Shown: piece after piece, positions 18,321 to 28,355 of the stretch | Layout of the letters: every line of letters starts with the position of its first letter | Position numbering within the stretch: position 1 is the stretch's first letter | IMG/VR virus record: IMGVR_UViG_3300042260_000461 | Location: 1 to 56,979 of that record | DNA from: a virus | Lineage: Duplodnaviria > Caudoviricetes | Length of the DNA stretch: 56,979 bases | Reading direction: 5' to 3' (one strand) | Made by a program: the position numbers and the translations under genes | The notes under the pieces: generated by a model | What the model saw: the letters and a program-made list of their open reading frames with translations, nothing else | Databases searched by the model: none | Told to the model about the DNA's origin: nothing

Positions 18321-19006
18321 GGCCTCGCAATTAAAAGGGGATAGTTGTTCACGTCCTGGTACGTTCCAGGGCCAAGGTCGGCATAGGAAATTTGGTTCGG
18401 CGGCGCAGAGCCTCCAGCAAGCCAGTTAATAACTGAAATGCCCCCTGGGTTTGGATTTCCTCTGTTGACTGAAATCTGTGAGGTATTTGGTCTAGTAATT
18501 GTCCAAAATCCTGCCCAAGCGCACCACATGCCCGAGATGCCCATAAATTGTCCGCTGATGTAGCTTGCATAGTCCGCAGCATCGTGCGAGATCGACTGTG
18601 ACGTGCTGGAGTACTTTGCGGTGAAATTGAACCCAGCCAGAACCTTTGCGTATTGCCTGTTGCTGGAAAAAACCACCCTCGATGACTCGTCCTTAACCCA
18701 GACACCAGCATCCGATCCCACAGCCCCGTCTGTTCTTGGCGAGCAAATCATGTATTCGGCAACCGATGACCCAGATAGAAGAAATCGGGCGCTTGTGTTT
18801 GAACACTTGCCTGGGACAAAAATGGCGCTGCTGTTCGGAATTTTGACGAACAGCATGGGCAATTCAACGTAAGGGTAGGTGATCTCAAAGTAGCCAGTTG
18901 AATAGGCTTGAGAGACTGCGCTTTGTTGAATTACCTCAAAGTTGCGAAACGCACTGTCAACAACGATTTCGTTGCTGCTATTTCTAATCGAAAATCCGTA
19001 TGTCAT
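18317..19006 (-). CDS. Putative tail-associated protein
   Basis: MTYGFSIRNSSNEIVVDS and GVWVKDESSRVVFSS pattern, typical of proteins downstream of J-like tail tips; low GC. Confidence 0.6.
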   Translation of the reverse strand: MTYGFSIRNSSNEIVVDSAFRNFEVIQQSAVSQAYSTGYFEITYPYVELPMLFVKIPNSSAIFVPGKCSNTSARFLLSGSSVAEYMICSPRTDGAVGSDAGVWVKDESSRVVFSSNRQYAKVLAGFNFTAKYSSTSQSISHDAADYASYISGQFMGISGMWCAWAGFWTITRPNTSQISVNRGNPNPGGISVINWLAGGSAPPNQISYADLGPGTYQDVNNYPLLIARP

Positions 19007-19008
19007 GG

Positions 19009-19275
19009 CTATTTAAACAAGAGGCAGTAAGCCAAGCCCGGATTCGGTGAGTTCCAGGTGAAGATTTTTGTTGCGTTGTCAAAAGAGCATGCGGCATTGC
19101 GCACAGATCCTGTTGACGCCACAAAACCAAACACGCCAAGCGATGTGTCAAATGCAGGCACGTAGGCGCTTCCGCTCTGCGCTGTGCTTGAGTAAATGAT
19201 GCGACTGAGCCGATCTGAGATCTCAAGCCTCGTAGCACCGCCAGCGTCAAAAACTCTTAGTCCGAACGGCATCAA
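19009..19275 (-). CDS. Small tail-associated protein
   Basis: MPFGLRVFDAGG N-terminus; directly follows the J-like gene. Confidence 0.6.
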   Translation of the reverse strand: MMPFGLRVFDAGGATRLEISDRLSRIIYSSTAQSGSAYVPAFDTSLGVFGFVASTGSVRNAACSFDNATKIFTWNSPNPGLAYCLLFK

Positions 19276-20936
19276 AGACTCCCAATCCTCACGCGCAAGA
19301 CGCCATTGGCGTCATACACGCTGATGCCGGTATTGGTCACAACCATGCGCTCGCCTATATCGCCGCTTTTCAGAGTGGCATTGCCATTGGCGTCCACGAT
19401 GAACTTGCCATTGATGTTCATGCTGACACCGGAAATCGATCCGGCAGTCACAGTGCCAAGATTGGCGCTGATAGCCGATAGGCTGGTCGCATTGATCTTG
19501 CTGGCATCCAGGCTGGCGATCTTGGCGCTTGTGATCGCCGCATCAGCAATGCGCGCCACGTTGATGTAGCCGTAGGTGATGGCCGCCGCATCGACGTTGA
19601 GCAGCTTGGCGTCCAGGCTGCCCGCTTGAATGCGGTCGGCGCTGATGAAGCCCGCATTGATCTTGCTGGCGTTCAGGTTGGCCACCTTGGCATCATCGAC
19701 CGCCAGGTTGGCGATCTTGGCGTTGGTGATGGTGCCGTTCTGGATGAAGGCGTCACTCATGTACACGCCCACTGGCACGCTCACGCCGTTGATCGTCACG
19801 GGTGTGGTGCGCACGATGAACGGCATGGACGGGGCCACACCTGGGCCTTCGGGGCTGGCGATGTAGAACGAATCGGACCGGATGGCAAAGGCGCTGGTTG
19901 GCGTTGCGCCGTTGGCCGTGGATGCCAGGCCAAAGCCCGACACATAGCCGTTCACATCGATCTTGACCGTGTACCTGGCGAAAAGCTGCCCGGTCTCGGA
20001 TGCCCGCGCAGTCTGCTCGGTCTGGATCGCCGCCGTGTTGGAGTTGACCGTGGCGGCCAGTGTCTGGCGCGCCTGAGCCTCGGCAGTGTCGGCGTTAGCC
20101 CGTGCAGTCGCCTCGGTCTGGATGGCAGCGGCCAGGTTCGCGTCCGCCGTGTTCACGGCAGCGGTCAAGGTCGTGATCTGCTGGGCCAGGCTGGTGTCGC
20201 CGCTTTGCCGCGCAGTCTGCTCGGCCAAGATCGCCGCGCCGCGAGCGTTGGCTTCAGCCAGAAGCCGGGCGTTGACGCTACCCGTACCATTCCCGTCCAC
20301 CAAGTTGATGCGCTCGGCCAATGACTGGTACAGCTGGCTCTCTGTGATCTCGCCGGTCAAGGCAGTCAGAAGCGTGCCCACGTCCTGGCCAGTCACCGCC
20401 TCAAGGCCGTTGGTGCCGCCAGCGGGTGCCGCGCTCAACACCCCGTCCACGGTCTCCCACTTGATCCACAGCCGCCAGGTCGTGGCCGGGTTGCTGGCCA
20501 GTGCCCAGATGGTCCCCGAGAACTGGCCAAGCTCCACCGTATCATTGAACGTGGGCAGAGGCTGGCCAGCCGTGTGCGTCACGCCATACAGGCGCGTGCG
20601 CAGGTGCCCGTGGCCCATCAGGTAGGCGGGCAGGTCATGCTCGATGAACACGTGGCTGATCGCCGCGCTCACGGCAAAGCCCGTGGGGGTCGGCGGCGGG
20701 GTCAGGTCGGGCTCTTCGCCCTGAGCCACAGCGTCACCGGGCTCCAGCAGCGGAATGTCGCCGCCAGGCCGCCAGCCCTTGGCCAACTTGATGATGCCGT
20801 TCTCGATCAGGTCGCGCAGCGTCAGGCCTCGGTCCAGGGGGTTGCCCTGCTTACCGAGGTAGGTCATCAGCGTTTCGCGCACGCGCTGGGGAAAATTCCC
20901 GGCTGATGGTGGCGGCAGATCGTTGCGGTTGGTCAT
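19272..20936 (-). CDS. Tail fibre/tip protein with J-like (DUF1983-type) domain
   Basis: Coiled coil, then YTVKIDVNGYVSGFGL..FIQNGTITNAKI, A(S/D)KI repeats, and C-terminal VYDANGVLRVRIG. Confidence 0.75.
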   Translation of the reverse strand: MTNRNDLPPPSAGNFPQRVRETLMTYLGKQGNPLDRGLTLRDLIENGIIKLAKGWRPGGDIPLLEPGDAVAQGEEPDLTPPPTPTGFAVSAAISHVFIEHDLPAYLMGHGHLRTRLYGVTHTAGQPLPTFNDTVELGQFSGTIWALASNPATTWRLWIKWETVDGVLSAAPAGGTNGLEAVTGQDVGTLLTALTGEITESQLYQSLAERINLVDGNGTGSVNARLLAEANARGAAILAEQTARQSGDTSLAQQITTLTAAVNTADANLAAAIQTEATARANADTAEAQARQTLAATVNSNTAAIQTEQTARASETGQLFARYTVKIDVNGYVSGFGLASTANGATPTSAFAIRSDSFYIASPEGPGVAPSMPFIVRTTPVTINGVSVPVGVYMSDAFIQNGTITNAKIANLAVDDAKVANLNASKINAGFISADRIQAGSLDAKLLNVDAAAITYGYINVARIADAAITSAKIASLDASKINATSLSAISANLGTVTAGSISGVSMNINGKFIVDANGNATLKSGDIGERMVVTNTGISVYDANGVLRVRIGSL

Positions 20937-22612
20937 GACTCGGCCAGTTCCTTCATGCTGGTGGCCAAGCTCGCCTCCTGCACGGGGGTGGCGCTCTCGA
21001 TCTCGATTTGCCAGTCAGGCGCGGCAAAGCCATCGGGCAGCCGGAAACCGTTGCGGTCGGTCACGGTGGCCGTGTAGCGCAGGCTGGTGGCGGTCGGCGC
21101 AGTCAGCAGGTCATTGACCGCCAGCACCTGGGCCACCTGGTCGGCAGTCAGGCCCATGGCATCGACGCGCAGCGTCACGGGGTAGGTGTCGGCCACCACC
21201 TCGGCGCAGTTGAAGCTGATGGCGCTCGGGGCTTGGTAGACCTTGCTCTTGAAGCGCGCAGTCAGGAACGTGGCCCCGGCATCCCAGCGCTTGACGTTGG
21301 TCCCGTCCAGCACGTACAGCTGGTCCTGCAAGTCATCAAAGTGCATGCCCTCGTAGCCCGTGTCCAGGAAGAACATCCCGGTCGGGTTCATCGGGTCGAT
21401 CACAAAGCCCTTGCGGCCCGTACCATCGTCGTAGCTGCCAAAGTACAGGCCCTCGTACATCTGGCCGATCACAGTCGAAGGGCGCAGCGCCTGCCAGTCC
21501 TCGCGGGTCATCACGCTAGCCGTGAGGATCTTGGGACCGTTGGAGCCGTACCAGCACAGGCCATCGTCAGAGGACCAGGCCACGCCAGCGCCCATGCTCA
21601 CAACAGACTCGGCGCTCACGCAGGACTGGGGAAGCTCAAGCGGGGCCTGATCCATGGCGTCCGGGCTTGAGCCGCTGGCCAGCAGCGGGCGGCCCGTGGT
21701 CAAAACCAGGATCGACTGGCCAAAGTGACCAATGGCCACAGGCTTGGAGTCTGGCGGCACCAGGTCATAGCCCGATGGCCAGGCGTAAGGGGTGTAGGGC
21801 TCGCACAGGCGCACAGCGTTGCCGCTGATTCCCGCCAGCATCCCATTCCACAAGGGGGTGAGGTTGTGCAGGTCAGCGGGCGGCATCGCCCAGGTGGCCG
21901 TGGGCAGTACTTCGCCCAAGTCCCGGTTGTCGTCGCTCGTGCTGGCCGTGCCCAGTGCGATCTCGCGCAGGAAGAAGAACTCGGTACCGCCAGAGGTGCC
22001 GGTCTGGGTGCGATAAATCCGGATGCGGTTAATGCCGTAGTTGCCAGCAGGCACGGCTGCGAAACCGGACAGGCTCACAGTGGCATCGGTGGGGCGCACC
22101 ACCTCCACGCTCACGGGGCCTGGCGCGCTTTCCCAACCCCAGTCATTCACGTAGGTGTAGACGTAGTAGTAGGAGTTGTCCAAGCCCGTCCAAGACCCAG
22201 CGTTGACCGAAGCGATCAGCGCGGTAGCCGGTGCGGGTACGCCCAGGGGGCGCGATGCGGTGGGGTAAGGCGCAGCAGCCAGCGCCAGGATGTTGTCCGT
22301 CACCTTGGGCACGCCATCGCCAGTGAAGAACGTGCGCTCGGTCGTGTCCTCGGCATCAAAGCCGCGCACGGCGTGCACGCGAGTGGTCCAACTGAGCCAG
22401 TAACTGGCATCGCTGGCCACATCCCGGCCCATGCGGTAGATGGTCTTGCGCCCAGCGGGCACGCTGGCCACAGTCAATGGCGTGCGCCAGGGGCGCAGAT
22501 CTCCACGGCCAGGCTTTTGGTTGCGGCTGACCGTTCCCACGGTCTCTGGCAATGCCTTGGGGTGCAGTGCGCGGTTTTCACCGCCAAATCCAAGCTGACG
22601 AATGCGCGCCAT
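20933..22612 (-). CDS. Putative tail nozzle / head-closure protein (beta-propeller-like)
   Basis: 559 aa, beta-rich, with YVYTYVNDWGWESAP and CEPYTPYAWP; position in the tail module. Confidence 0.6.
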   Translation of the reverse strand: MARIRQLGFGGENRALHPKALPETVGTVSRNQKPGRGDLRPWRTPLTVASVPAGRKTIYRMGRDVASDASYWLSWTTRVHAVRGFDAEDTTERTFFTGDGVPKVTDNILALAAAPYPTASRPLGVPAPATALIASVNAGSWTGLDNSYYYVYTYVNDWGWESAPGPVSVEVVRPTDATVSLSGFAAVPAGNYGINRIRIYRTQTGTSGGTEFFFLREIALGTASTSDDNRDLGEVLPTATWAMPPADLHNLTPLWNGMLAGISGNAVRLCEPYTPYAWPSGYDLVPPDSKPVAIGHFGQSILVLTTGRPLLASGSSPDAMDQAPLELPQSCVSAESVVSMGAGVAWSSDDGLCWYGSNGPKILTASVMTREDWQALRPSTVIGQMYEGLYFGSYDDGTGRKGFVIDPMNPTGMFFLDTGYEGMHFDDLQDQLYVLDGTNVKRWDAGATFLTARFKSKVYQAPSAISFNCAEVVADTYPVTLRVDAMGLTADQVAQVLAVNDLLTAPTATSLRYTATVTDRNGFRLPDGFAAPDWQIEIESATPVQEASLATSMKELAES

Positions 22613-22632
22613 GTCCCCTGCCCTCCATCGAA

Positions 22633-22944
22633 TCAGGAAGCAGTGGCGGGCACGCGAACCGGGTCAAGCACCTGGGGCTTGTCCTCGGGGCTCTTGTTGG
22701 CCTCTGCGATCTGGGAGTTGACCTGGTTTTGGATGTCGAACACATCCTGCACCACGTCATCGAACTTGCAGCGGCCCAGGCAGCGCAGAACGCCCTGCAC
22801 GCCAGCAAACGGCAGTGTCACCTCGGCAGGCGCATCAAGGGCCTCGTCGCTCAACTGGCCAAGGATGTGCTTGAGCCGGTGCAGGTTCATCTTGAGCGTG
22901 GCCTGCTCGGGCATCTTCTGGGGTTGCTGGTTCATGTTGTTCAT
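22633..22944 (-). CDS. Hypothetical protein
   Basis: 103 aa, RBS, in the late operon. Confidence 0.6.
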   Translation of the reverse strand: MNNMNQQPQKMPEQATLKMNLHRLKHILGQLSDEALDAPAEVTLPFAGVQGVLRCLGRCKFDDVVQDVFDIQNQVNSQIAEANKSPEDKPQVLDPVRVPATAS

Positions 22945-22979
22945 GCGTTGTCTCTCAATCGATCAGTGAGTAAATCTGC

Positions 22980-23360
22980 TCAGACTTGGGCAGCGGGTTC
23001 GGTGGCTTCCTCGGCCACGGGTGGCGGTGCCCAAGGCAGCGGCGTGGACACCAGCGAGGCCTTGGCGATCTCGCGGTCCAGCACCATCTGGATGTGCTGC
23101 TTGATCGACAGCAAGCGACCATCGGGCTCGTTGGTCTCGATCCACTCCACCACCTGCACAGGCGTGACGCTGGCCAAAGGTGTGAAAGCCTCGGGCGCTG
23201 GGTCGGCCAGGGTCGTGGTGCCGGGCAGCTCAAAGGTCTGGCCGGTGTCTTCACCGATCAAAGTCCAGTCCACCTCTTTGATGGCTTGAGGCAAACCGCC
23301 AATGGTGCGAGTGCGGATGTCGCGGACAACAAAGCTGAAAGTGGCGCGAAGGTCGTTCAT
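22980..23360 (-). CDS. Fibre-associated / tail assembly-type protein
   Basis: 126 aa, AAGGAG RBS, C-terminal PLPW motif. Confidence 0.6.
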   Translation of the reverse strand: MNDLRATFSFVVRDIRTRTIGGLPQAIKEVDWTLIGEDTGQTFELPGTTTLADPAPEAFTPLASVTPVQVVEWIETNEPDGRLLSIKQHIQMVLDREIAKASLVSTPLPWAPPPVAEEATEPAAQV

Positions 23361-23388
23361 GGGTTACTCCTTTATGGTGTTTGTGGTT

Positions 23389-23559
23389 TCAGTTGGGCTG
23401 CTGTTCTGTGTGGGCCCAGCCGGACTCGGTGAGAACAAACCAATAACCAAACTGCTTGACGGCATCTCCAAGTACGGCAGCTGGAAATGGAAGTTTGTTT
23501 ACCAAGTCCAAAGCCTCTTGCATTGATATGGCGTTTTCGGTGTTTTCTAAAGCGTCCAT
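23389..23559 (-). CDS. Small hypothetical protein (56 aa)
   Basis: TAATG coupling to the fibre stop; MDALENTENAISMQEALDLVNKLPFPAAVLGDAVKQFGYWFVLTESGWAHTEQQPN*; not in the ORF track. Confidence 0.55.
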   Translation of the reverse strand: MDALENTENAISMQEALDLVNKLPFPAAVLGDAVKQFGYWFVLTESGWAHTEQQPN

Positions 23560-25163
23560 TAGTAAACCCCGCTTGTGCTTGATGACGAGTAATACGAAGT
23601 TACTGAGACCGATCGATATTCATATGGATACGATTGGTAGTAGTCAATGCTGATGCCTGGGTAGTTGGTCCCAGTGTTAATGACCAAAACGATGAATCCA
23701 TCGGATGAAACGTAAGCGCCATGCGCAGCTGAACGCCCACCCAAATTTGTCAGTGACAAGTTGTATGCGGTGCCGGACCAGTTGTGAAACCCAATCATCG
23801 AATTGATGTTTTGCGCATCGTACGTGTAGCCTTTGATGTGAAACATGCTCATCGTCGGCATTGAATTGCCATTAGGAGAGCCGCCACCCCAGAGGTTTGT
23901 TTTGATGTGCAGATATGCCCCGGCAGGATTTCCGCCCCATTGAAACCAGTTGTATTCAACGCGCTTTGATTTCAAGTACCCGTTGGGGACATCAGTTCCT
24001 CTGACATCTACATTAAAAATCACGCCAGACGCCGGGTCATATCCGTAGCGGTTTACCTGGAAAACATTGGCGTTTAAATAATGAGTGCCGCCGCTTGCAT
24101 ATTGACGCGACGACCAGGCGGTGTAGCTACCGATAGCTCCAATCGAATCCATGTACAGGTAGCCAGACAAATGACTGTTACCAGCAACACCGAAATTCAA
24201 ATCTGTAGTGCCACCAACAGAAATTTTTGGAGCAGAAAAGCTGCCGGACAGCGATCCACCAGAAAGGGCAAGTGCATACCCTGCAAAATTGGCAGCATGT
24301 AGGATTTGATTTCCAGAAATGGTTTGTGATGAGTCGCCCACCCTAAAGCGCTCACTCTCACCAAACATGACCCGAAAGCCATAGACACTTCCAGCACCTA
24401 ATTCTGCAAGCAATCCATAATCTGCCGCTGACTTCGCAATTCGGATACCCCAGTCGTTGCTGTTAGCTGCGCTTACGTAAAGAGTTGCGTCAGTTGCTTG
24501 GTTTGATGTGCCAGCATCAATAACTACACCGCCCGTTATCGATCCTCCGCTCAAAGGCAATGCGTAGCTGGAGTAATTGCCTGCGTGCAGTGCCTGATAA
24601 CCAGCAATATTGAAAGTGCCAGAATCGTGATAAGTTGCAGCACCGCGAATGTAGTTAACGTAATTGCTGCCGTTGTTGTATCCAAAATGTGTTCTGTTGT
24701 CGCCTTGGTTAGCGCCGTATGCGTAGGTGCTGAAAATGGCTTCGCCAACGCTAGCGCGCGAAAACGGCACCGCGCTTAATGCTCCTCCAGCAAGGTTTAC
24801 TACATCATCATCGCCAATATTGAAAGTGCCAGGCCCCGTAGTAATGCGAAGCCATGTTTGGGCGCTACTGAAATCGAGATATGAACCAGTGATCGTGCCG
24901 CCACCCGTAGAAAGCGGCGTGTACCCCAGGGCACCCGTCACGTTGCCCGAGGTCAACTCGCCGCGAATCGTGGCGCTCGACTTGTTCTCCACATTGCCAA
25001 GGCCCAGGTTCGAGCGGGCCTGAGCCGGGTTTGGCAGATCCAGCAGGTTCAGGGACGCGACCAGCTTCTGGCCCAACTCCAGGTTGAGCGCAGAAAAGTT
25101 GGCATCGACCTCTGAATTGAATAGGGGTCGGCCAGCGGCAGAGCGAAGAGTGAGCGAAGCCAT
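23559..25163 (-). CDS. Tail fibre / receptor-binding protein
   Basis: EVDANFSALN and ARSNLGLGNVEN anchor; repeats (A/I)LHA.N...YAL.LSGG; low-GC distal part. Confidence 0.8.
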   Translation of the reverse strand: MASLTLRSAAGRPLFNSEVDANFSALNLELGQKLVASLNLLDLPNPAQARSNLGLGNVENKSSATIRGELTSGNVTGALGYTPLSTGGGTITGSYLDFSSAQTWLRITTGPGTFNIGDDDVVNLAGGALSAVPFSRASVGEAIFSTYAYGANQGDNRTHFGYNNGSNYVNYIRGAATYHDSGTFNIAGYQALHAGNYSSYALPLSGGSITGGVVIDAGTSNQATDATLYVSAANSNDWGIRIAKSAADYGLLAELGAGSVYGFRVMFGESERFRVGDSSQTISGNQILHAANFAGYALALSGGSLSGSFSAPKISVGGTTDLNFGVAGNSHLSGYLYMDSIGAIGSYTAWSSRQYASGGTHYLNANVFQVNRYGYDPASGVIFNVDVRGTDVPNGYLKSKRVEYNWFQWGGNPAGAYLHIKTNLWGGGSPNGNSMPTMSMFHIKGYTYDAQNINSMIGFHNWSGTAYNLSLTNLGGRSAAHGAYVSSDGFIVLVINTGTNYPGISIDYYQSYPYEYRSVSVTSYYSSSSTSGVY

Positions 25164-25186
25164 GGGCCCTTACCTCCAGCCCGAGA

Positions 25187-25642
25187 TCAAACGGCTTGGA
25201 CGGTGATGGTCCAGGTGATGGCCAGCGTGTCGTCGGCTTGCTTGTTAACGACCGGGAACACGGTGCGGCAGAGCATGTCGCCACCCACACCAGCGTTGAA
25301 GATCGCGGCCTCAGTCACAGCGCCAGTGGCGTCACCAGCTTCAAAGCTGGCCACGTACTGGGCCTTGTTAAATGCCGGTTTGGTGGAAGAGTCCAGGGGC
25401 TCGCGTGCACCCAGCATGCTCACCAGGTCAGTCTGGCCAGCGGCGGCAGCCGTGGTGCCAGCGCCCAGCGCCATGTGGCTCATCACAGCCTTGGACGTGT
25501 CCAGCATGCGCGTGATGATGAATTCGAGGCCGGTGTTGACCACCAGGTTCTTGATGTCGCGCTGATCTTTGACGTTGCCGTGCTTGTCCTTGAGGACGAT
25601 GCTCACTTCGCCAGTGATCTTGAGTTTGTCGTTTGCTTGCAT
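25187..25642 (-). CDS. Virion structural (tail-associated) protein
   Basis: Start MQANDKLK; NLVVNTG..GAVTEAAIFN..VVNK..DTLAITWTIT pattern. Confidence 0.65.
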   Translation of the reverse strand: MQANDKLKITGEVSIVLKDKHGNVKDQRDIKNLVVNTGLEFIITRMLDTSKAVMSHMALGAGTTAAAAGQTDLVSMLGAREPLDSSTKPAFNKAQYVASFEAGDATGAVTEAAIFNAGVGGDMLCRTVFPVVNKQADDTLAITWTITVQAV

Positions 25643-25655
25643 GGTTTGCACCCTT

Positions 25656-26714
25656 TCAGAAAGTTCGTGATTCGCCCACGTAGTCCTCAGCGAAGTAGGA
25701 AAACTCGCAGTAGCCCTGCATGCGCAGAGACCCCGAATCACCCACACCGGCAGCGTCTTGCGCGCCCTTACCCACTTGCACCTGTTTCACATCACTGAAC
25801 CCAGCGGCATCGTTTGCCTGCTTGGCCAGTGACAAGGCCTTGGAATCGGACACGCCAGCCGCATCAGCCACGCGCTTGTCCAAAAATGCCATGCTTGCAT
25901 CGAAAACCGATGCACTCTCGCTGATTGACTTGCCAATATCGAGCGCGGCTATGTCGGTCAGGCTCGCGGCGTCATCGAAGCGGCGCACATACGCCACCAC
26001 CCGCTCAAACAGGTCAGACACGCCAGAGACATCGCCCAGCACCTTGAAGAAGGTAATTTCCTGGTCATCCAGGATCGAGGCGGACCCGTCCAGGTCATCG
26101 GTGACAGTCACGGTGTCGTGCAAGTACTTCACCAGGTAAGCCGCGGCTTGATCGGTGACACCGGCAGCGTCCACGATGCCCTTGTTCATGCTGGCTGCGG
26201 CCAGGTCGCTCACGCCGATGGGGTCTTCCAAGCCCTTGCCGACCGCCTTGGTGTCAATCTGATCGCTAAGAGCTGCATAGTCGGTGGCGGCTTTCTTGAA
26301 CACCACCTTGGCCAAGTCCTCGATGGTGGCCAACTGGTCCTCCAGTGGCTTGTGCACGCCAATCGAGTGCTGCTCCAGCACCCCGGCCAGGTCGGTAATG
26401 ATCTTGCTGATGTCGGCGTGGATCTCGTCGCTCACGCCTGCGCTGTCTTGGCGGTCCTTGCCAAAGCTGGCCACGTACTCATCGACCACGGCAAAAGCAT
26501 CGCGGGACAACTTGGTCACATCGATGCTGGCGTGGTCAGTGAAGGATGCGCGGTCCTCCTTCTTCAACCAGATGAGGAATATCCCCACCTCGGAGACCAA
26601 ACGGATGTAGGCAGCCTTGGCCGCCAGGGAAATGGTCTCAGCCTGCGCGACCGACTTGATAAGGCTCCAAGCTGCCGACAGGCTGATCTTGGCGCTGTCA
26701 GCCTTGAGCTTCAT
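25656..26714 (-). CDS. Repetitive structural protein
   Basis: 352 aa with many ~19-aa K...D.AGV(S/T)D repeats. Confidence 0.65.
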   Translation of the reverse strand: MKLKADSAKISLSAAWSLIKSVAQAETISLAAKAAYIRLVSEVGIFLIWLKKEDRASFTDHASIDVTKLSRDAFAVVDEYVASFGKDRQDSAGVSDEIHADISKIITDLAGVLEQHSIGVHKPLEDQLATIEDLAKVVFKKAATDYAALSDQIDTKAVGKGLEDPIGVSDLAAASMNKGIVDAAGVTDQAAAYLVKYLHDTVTVTDDLDGSASILDDQEITFFKVLGDVSGVSDLFERVVAYVRRFDDAASLTDIAALDIGKSISESASVFDASMAFLDKRVADAAGVSDSKALSLAKQANDAAGFSDVKQVQVGKGAQDAAGVGDSGSLRMQGYCEFSYFAEDYVGESRTF

Positions 26715-27046
26715 GCAACGTCCTCGCGCAGCTTGAACTTGAGCAGGTCATAGACCGTCTGGCGCAGGCCTGCGCTGTACACCACCTCGACCTCGCCCTC
26801 GTAGTCGCCCTCGGTGCGGTCCAGATCGCCCTCGCTCCACTGCACGATGGCCACGCCCGTGGTGGCGGTCTGCGGGTTGACGTAGACCTGACGGGAAAAC
26901 AGCGCCGTGGGTGCGCCTGCCTCGCGGAAGTGCAGCGTCACGGTTGCGCCCGTGAGATCCAGCGGCAGGCCCGTGATGTCATCGGTCAGGGTCAGGCGGA
27001 TCTGTGGGCCGGTGTCGCCTCGGACCAGGCGGATCTTTTCGGTCAT
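26711..27046 (-). CDS. BppU N-terminal-like tail protein
   Basis: RGDTGP..PLDLTGATV..GDYEGEVEV. Confidence 0.65.
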   Translation of the reverse strand: MTEKIRLVRGDTGPQIRLTLTDDITGLPLDLTGATVTLHFREAGAPTALFSRQVYVNPQTATTGVAIVQWSEGDLDRTEGDYEGEVEVVYSAGLRQTVYDLLKFKLREDVA

Positions 27047-27049
27047 GGG

Positions 27050-27709
27050 TTACTCCTTGGCCACAACAGCCTTGGCGGCGGGCTGCTGAATGCCCACCAA
27101 TGCGTTGAACTTGGTCAGGTAGCCACCAGACAGCGCGGCATTACCGGCGTCCGATGCGTCCTTGGCCAGGGCGCGGTGCAGGCAGTAGCACAGCAAGGCC
27201 TCGCGCCACTGGTCGGCCAAACCGATGTTTCCGCTCACCGTGGTGAAGGCGCGGCCATTGCCGGAAGGCGCAGGCACCTCAGCGGGGTACAGCGCAGCCA
27301 CCAGCTGCACCTTGGTACCGGCCTTGGCGGGCGGGTAGGACAGGATGGCTCGCGGGTCTTTCAGGTCGTAGCAGTAATGCTCGATCTCGCTGGCGCTGGC
27401 CATGCCGTACCAGCCAGGCGCGGATGCGTCCAGATCGTCCTGATCCACCTTGCGAACAGCCAGGCGGCGGCCTTCGGTGTTGCGCGGGATGTCGATGAAA
27501 GCGGCGAACTTGGACGGGAGCGTCTGGTCCGGACCCTCGACCAGCGTCAGAGTCTCGGTCGTGGCGGTTTGCTCAGGCCGGTTGATGACGATCACCACCT
27601 GGCCAGCGTTGAGGTAGCGCACCAGGTCAGATGCGGGGTAGCGGATGCCAGCAAGGTCCTGCAAGGCCTCTTGCGCATCCCGGACGATTGACTGAGCGGC
27701 TACGGTCAT
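27050..27709 (-). CDS. Head-tail adaptor-type protein (DUF6682-like)
   Basis: LQDLAGIRY..DLVRYLNAGQ..YPP..RALAKDA. Confidence 0.65.
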   Translation of the reverse strand: MTVAAQSIVRDAQEALQDLAGIRYPASDLVRYLNAGQVVIVINRPEQTATTETLTLVEGPDQTLPSKFAAFIDIPRNTEGRRLAVRKVDQDDLDASAPGWYGMASASEIEHYCYDLKDPRAILSYPPAKAGTKVQLVAALYPAEVPAPSGNGRAFTTVSGNIGLADQWREALLCYCLHRALAKDASDAGNAALSGGYLTKFNALVGIQQPAAKAVVAKE

Positions 27710-27719
27710 GGTTCAGGCC

Positions 27720-28343
27720 TCAGCACCACTTGGGGCGCGCACGTGGGACGTTCTTGGTGTGGCCCCGGTAGACCTGCGTGGAGGCCTCGTTCATGGCCTG
27801 CTCAAACTTCTCATTCGCCACGGCGGCCAACTCGGGGTTGTAAAACGGGGTTTCGGGCGTGAGCATCAATTCAGACTTCGCGCCCTCGGCCAGTGCTTCC
27901 AGGTAGCGGCTGGCCAGTTCATCGGGGATGCCGGTGGCGGTGGCCGATGGGATCAGTACCACCTGCACCTGCACGCGCTCAGATGCGGGCATGCCGCCCG
28001 TCAGCACAAAGGTCTGGAGGTCACGCGAGACCAGGCCCTTGTCCTGATCTGCGCCGAACTGGGCGGGGTCACTGGCGCGGTGGCGAAACGACTGCACCGG
28101 GTAGGGTCTGCCGCCCTGGGTGGCCTGCTCCAAGGCGTACAACTCGCTCTCGGTGGGCAGGTCAAAGTCATACTCGGAGCTTGCGCGGCCCGTGGTGCGC
28201 ACAGGGTCAAGCCACTGCACCCATGCGCGGGTGCGGCGGAAGAACTTGCGCGCAGCGGTGCGCAGCGCCTGAGCAATCAGCGGATTGGGTGCGCCTGGCA
28301 CATGGACCAGGACTTGGGGGTACCAGTAATCCCACTTGGCCAC
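27720..28343 (-). CDS. Head-tail adaptor / tail tubular protein
   Basis: VPGAPNPLIAQALRTAARKFFRRTRAW pattern; position after the capsid genes. Confidence 0.6.
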   Translation of the reverse strand: MAKWDYWYPQVLVHVPGAPNPLIAQALRTAARKFFRRTRAWVQWLDPVRTTGRASSEYDFDLPTESELYALEQATQGGRPYPVQSFRHRASDPAQFGADQDKGLVSRDLQTFVLTGGMPASERVQVQVVLIPSATATGIPDELASRYLEALAEGAKSELMLTPETPFYNPELAAVANEKFEQAMNEASTQVYRGHTKNVPRARPKWC

Positions 28344-28355
28344 GGCGCGGACCCC

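Noticed and set aside
25888-25900. Partial late motif TGCCATGCTTGCA inside 25656-26714
   Set aside because: Truncated match inside coding sequence and far from a start codon; probably chance.
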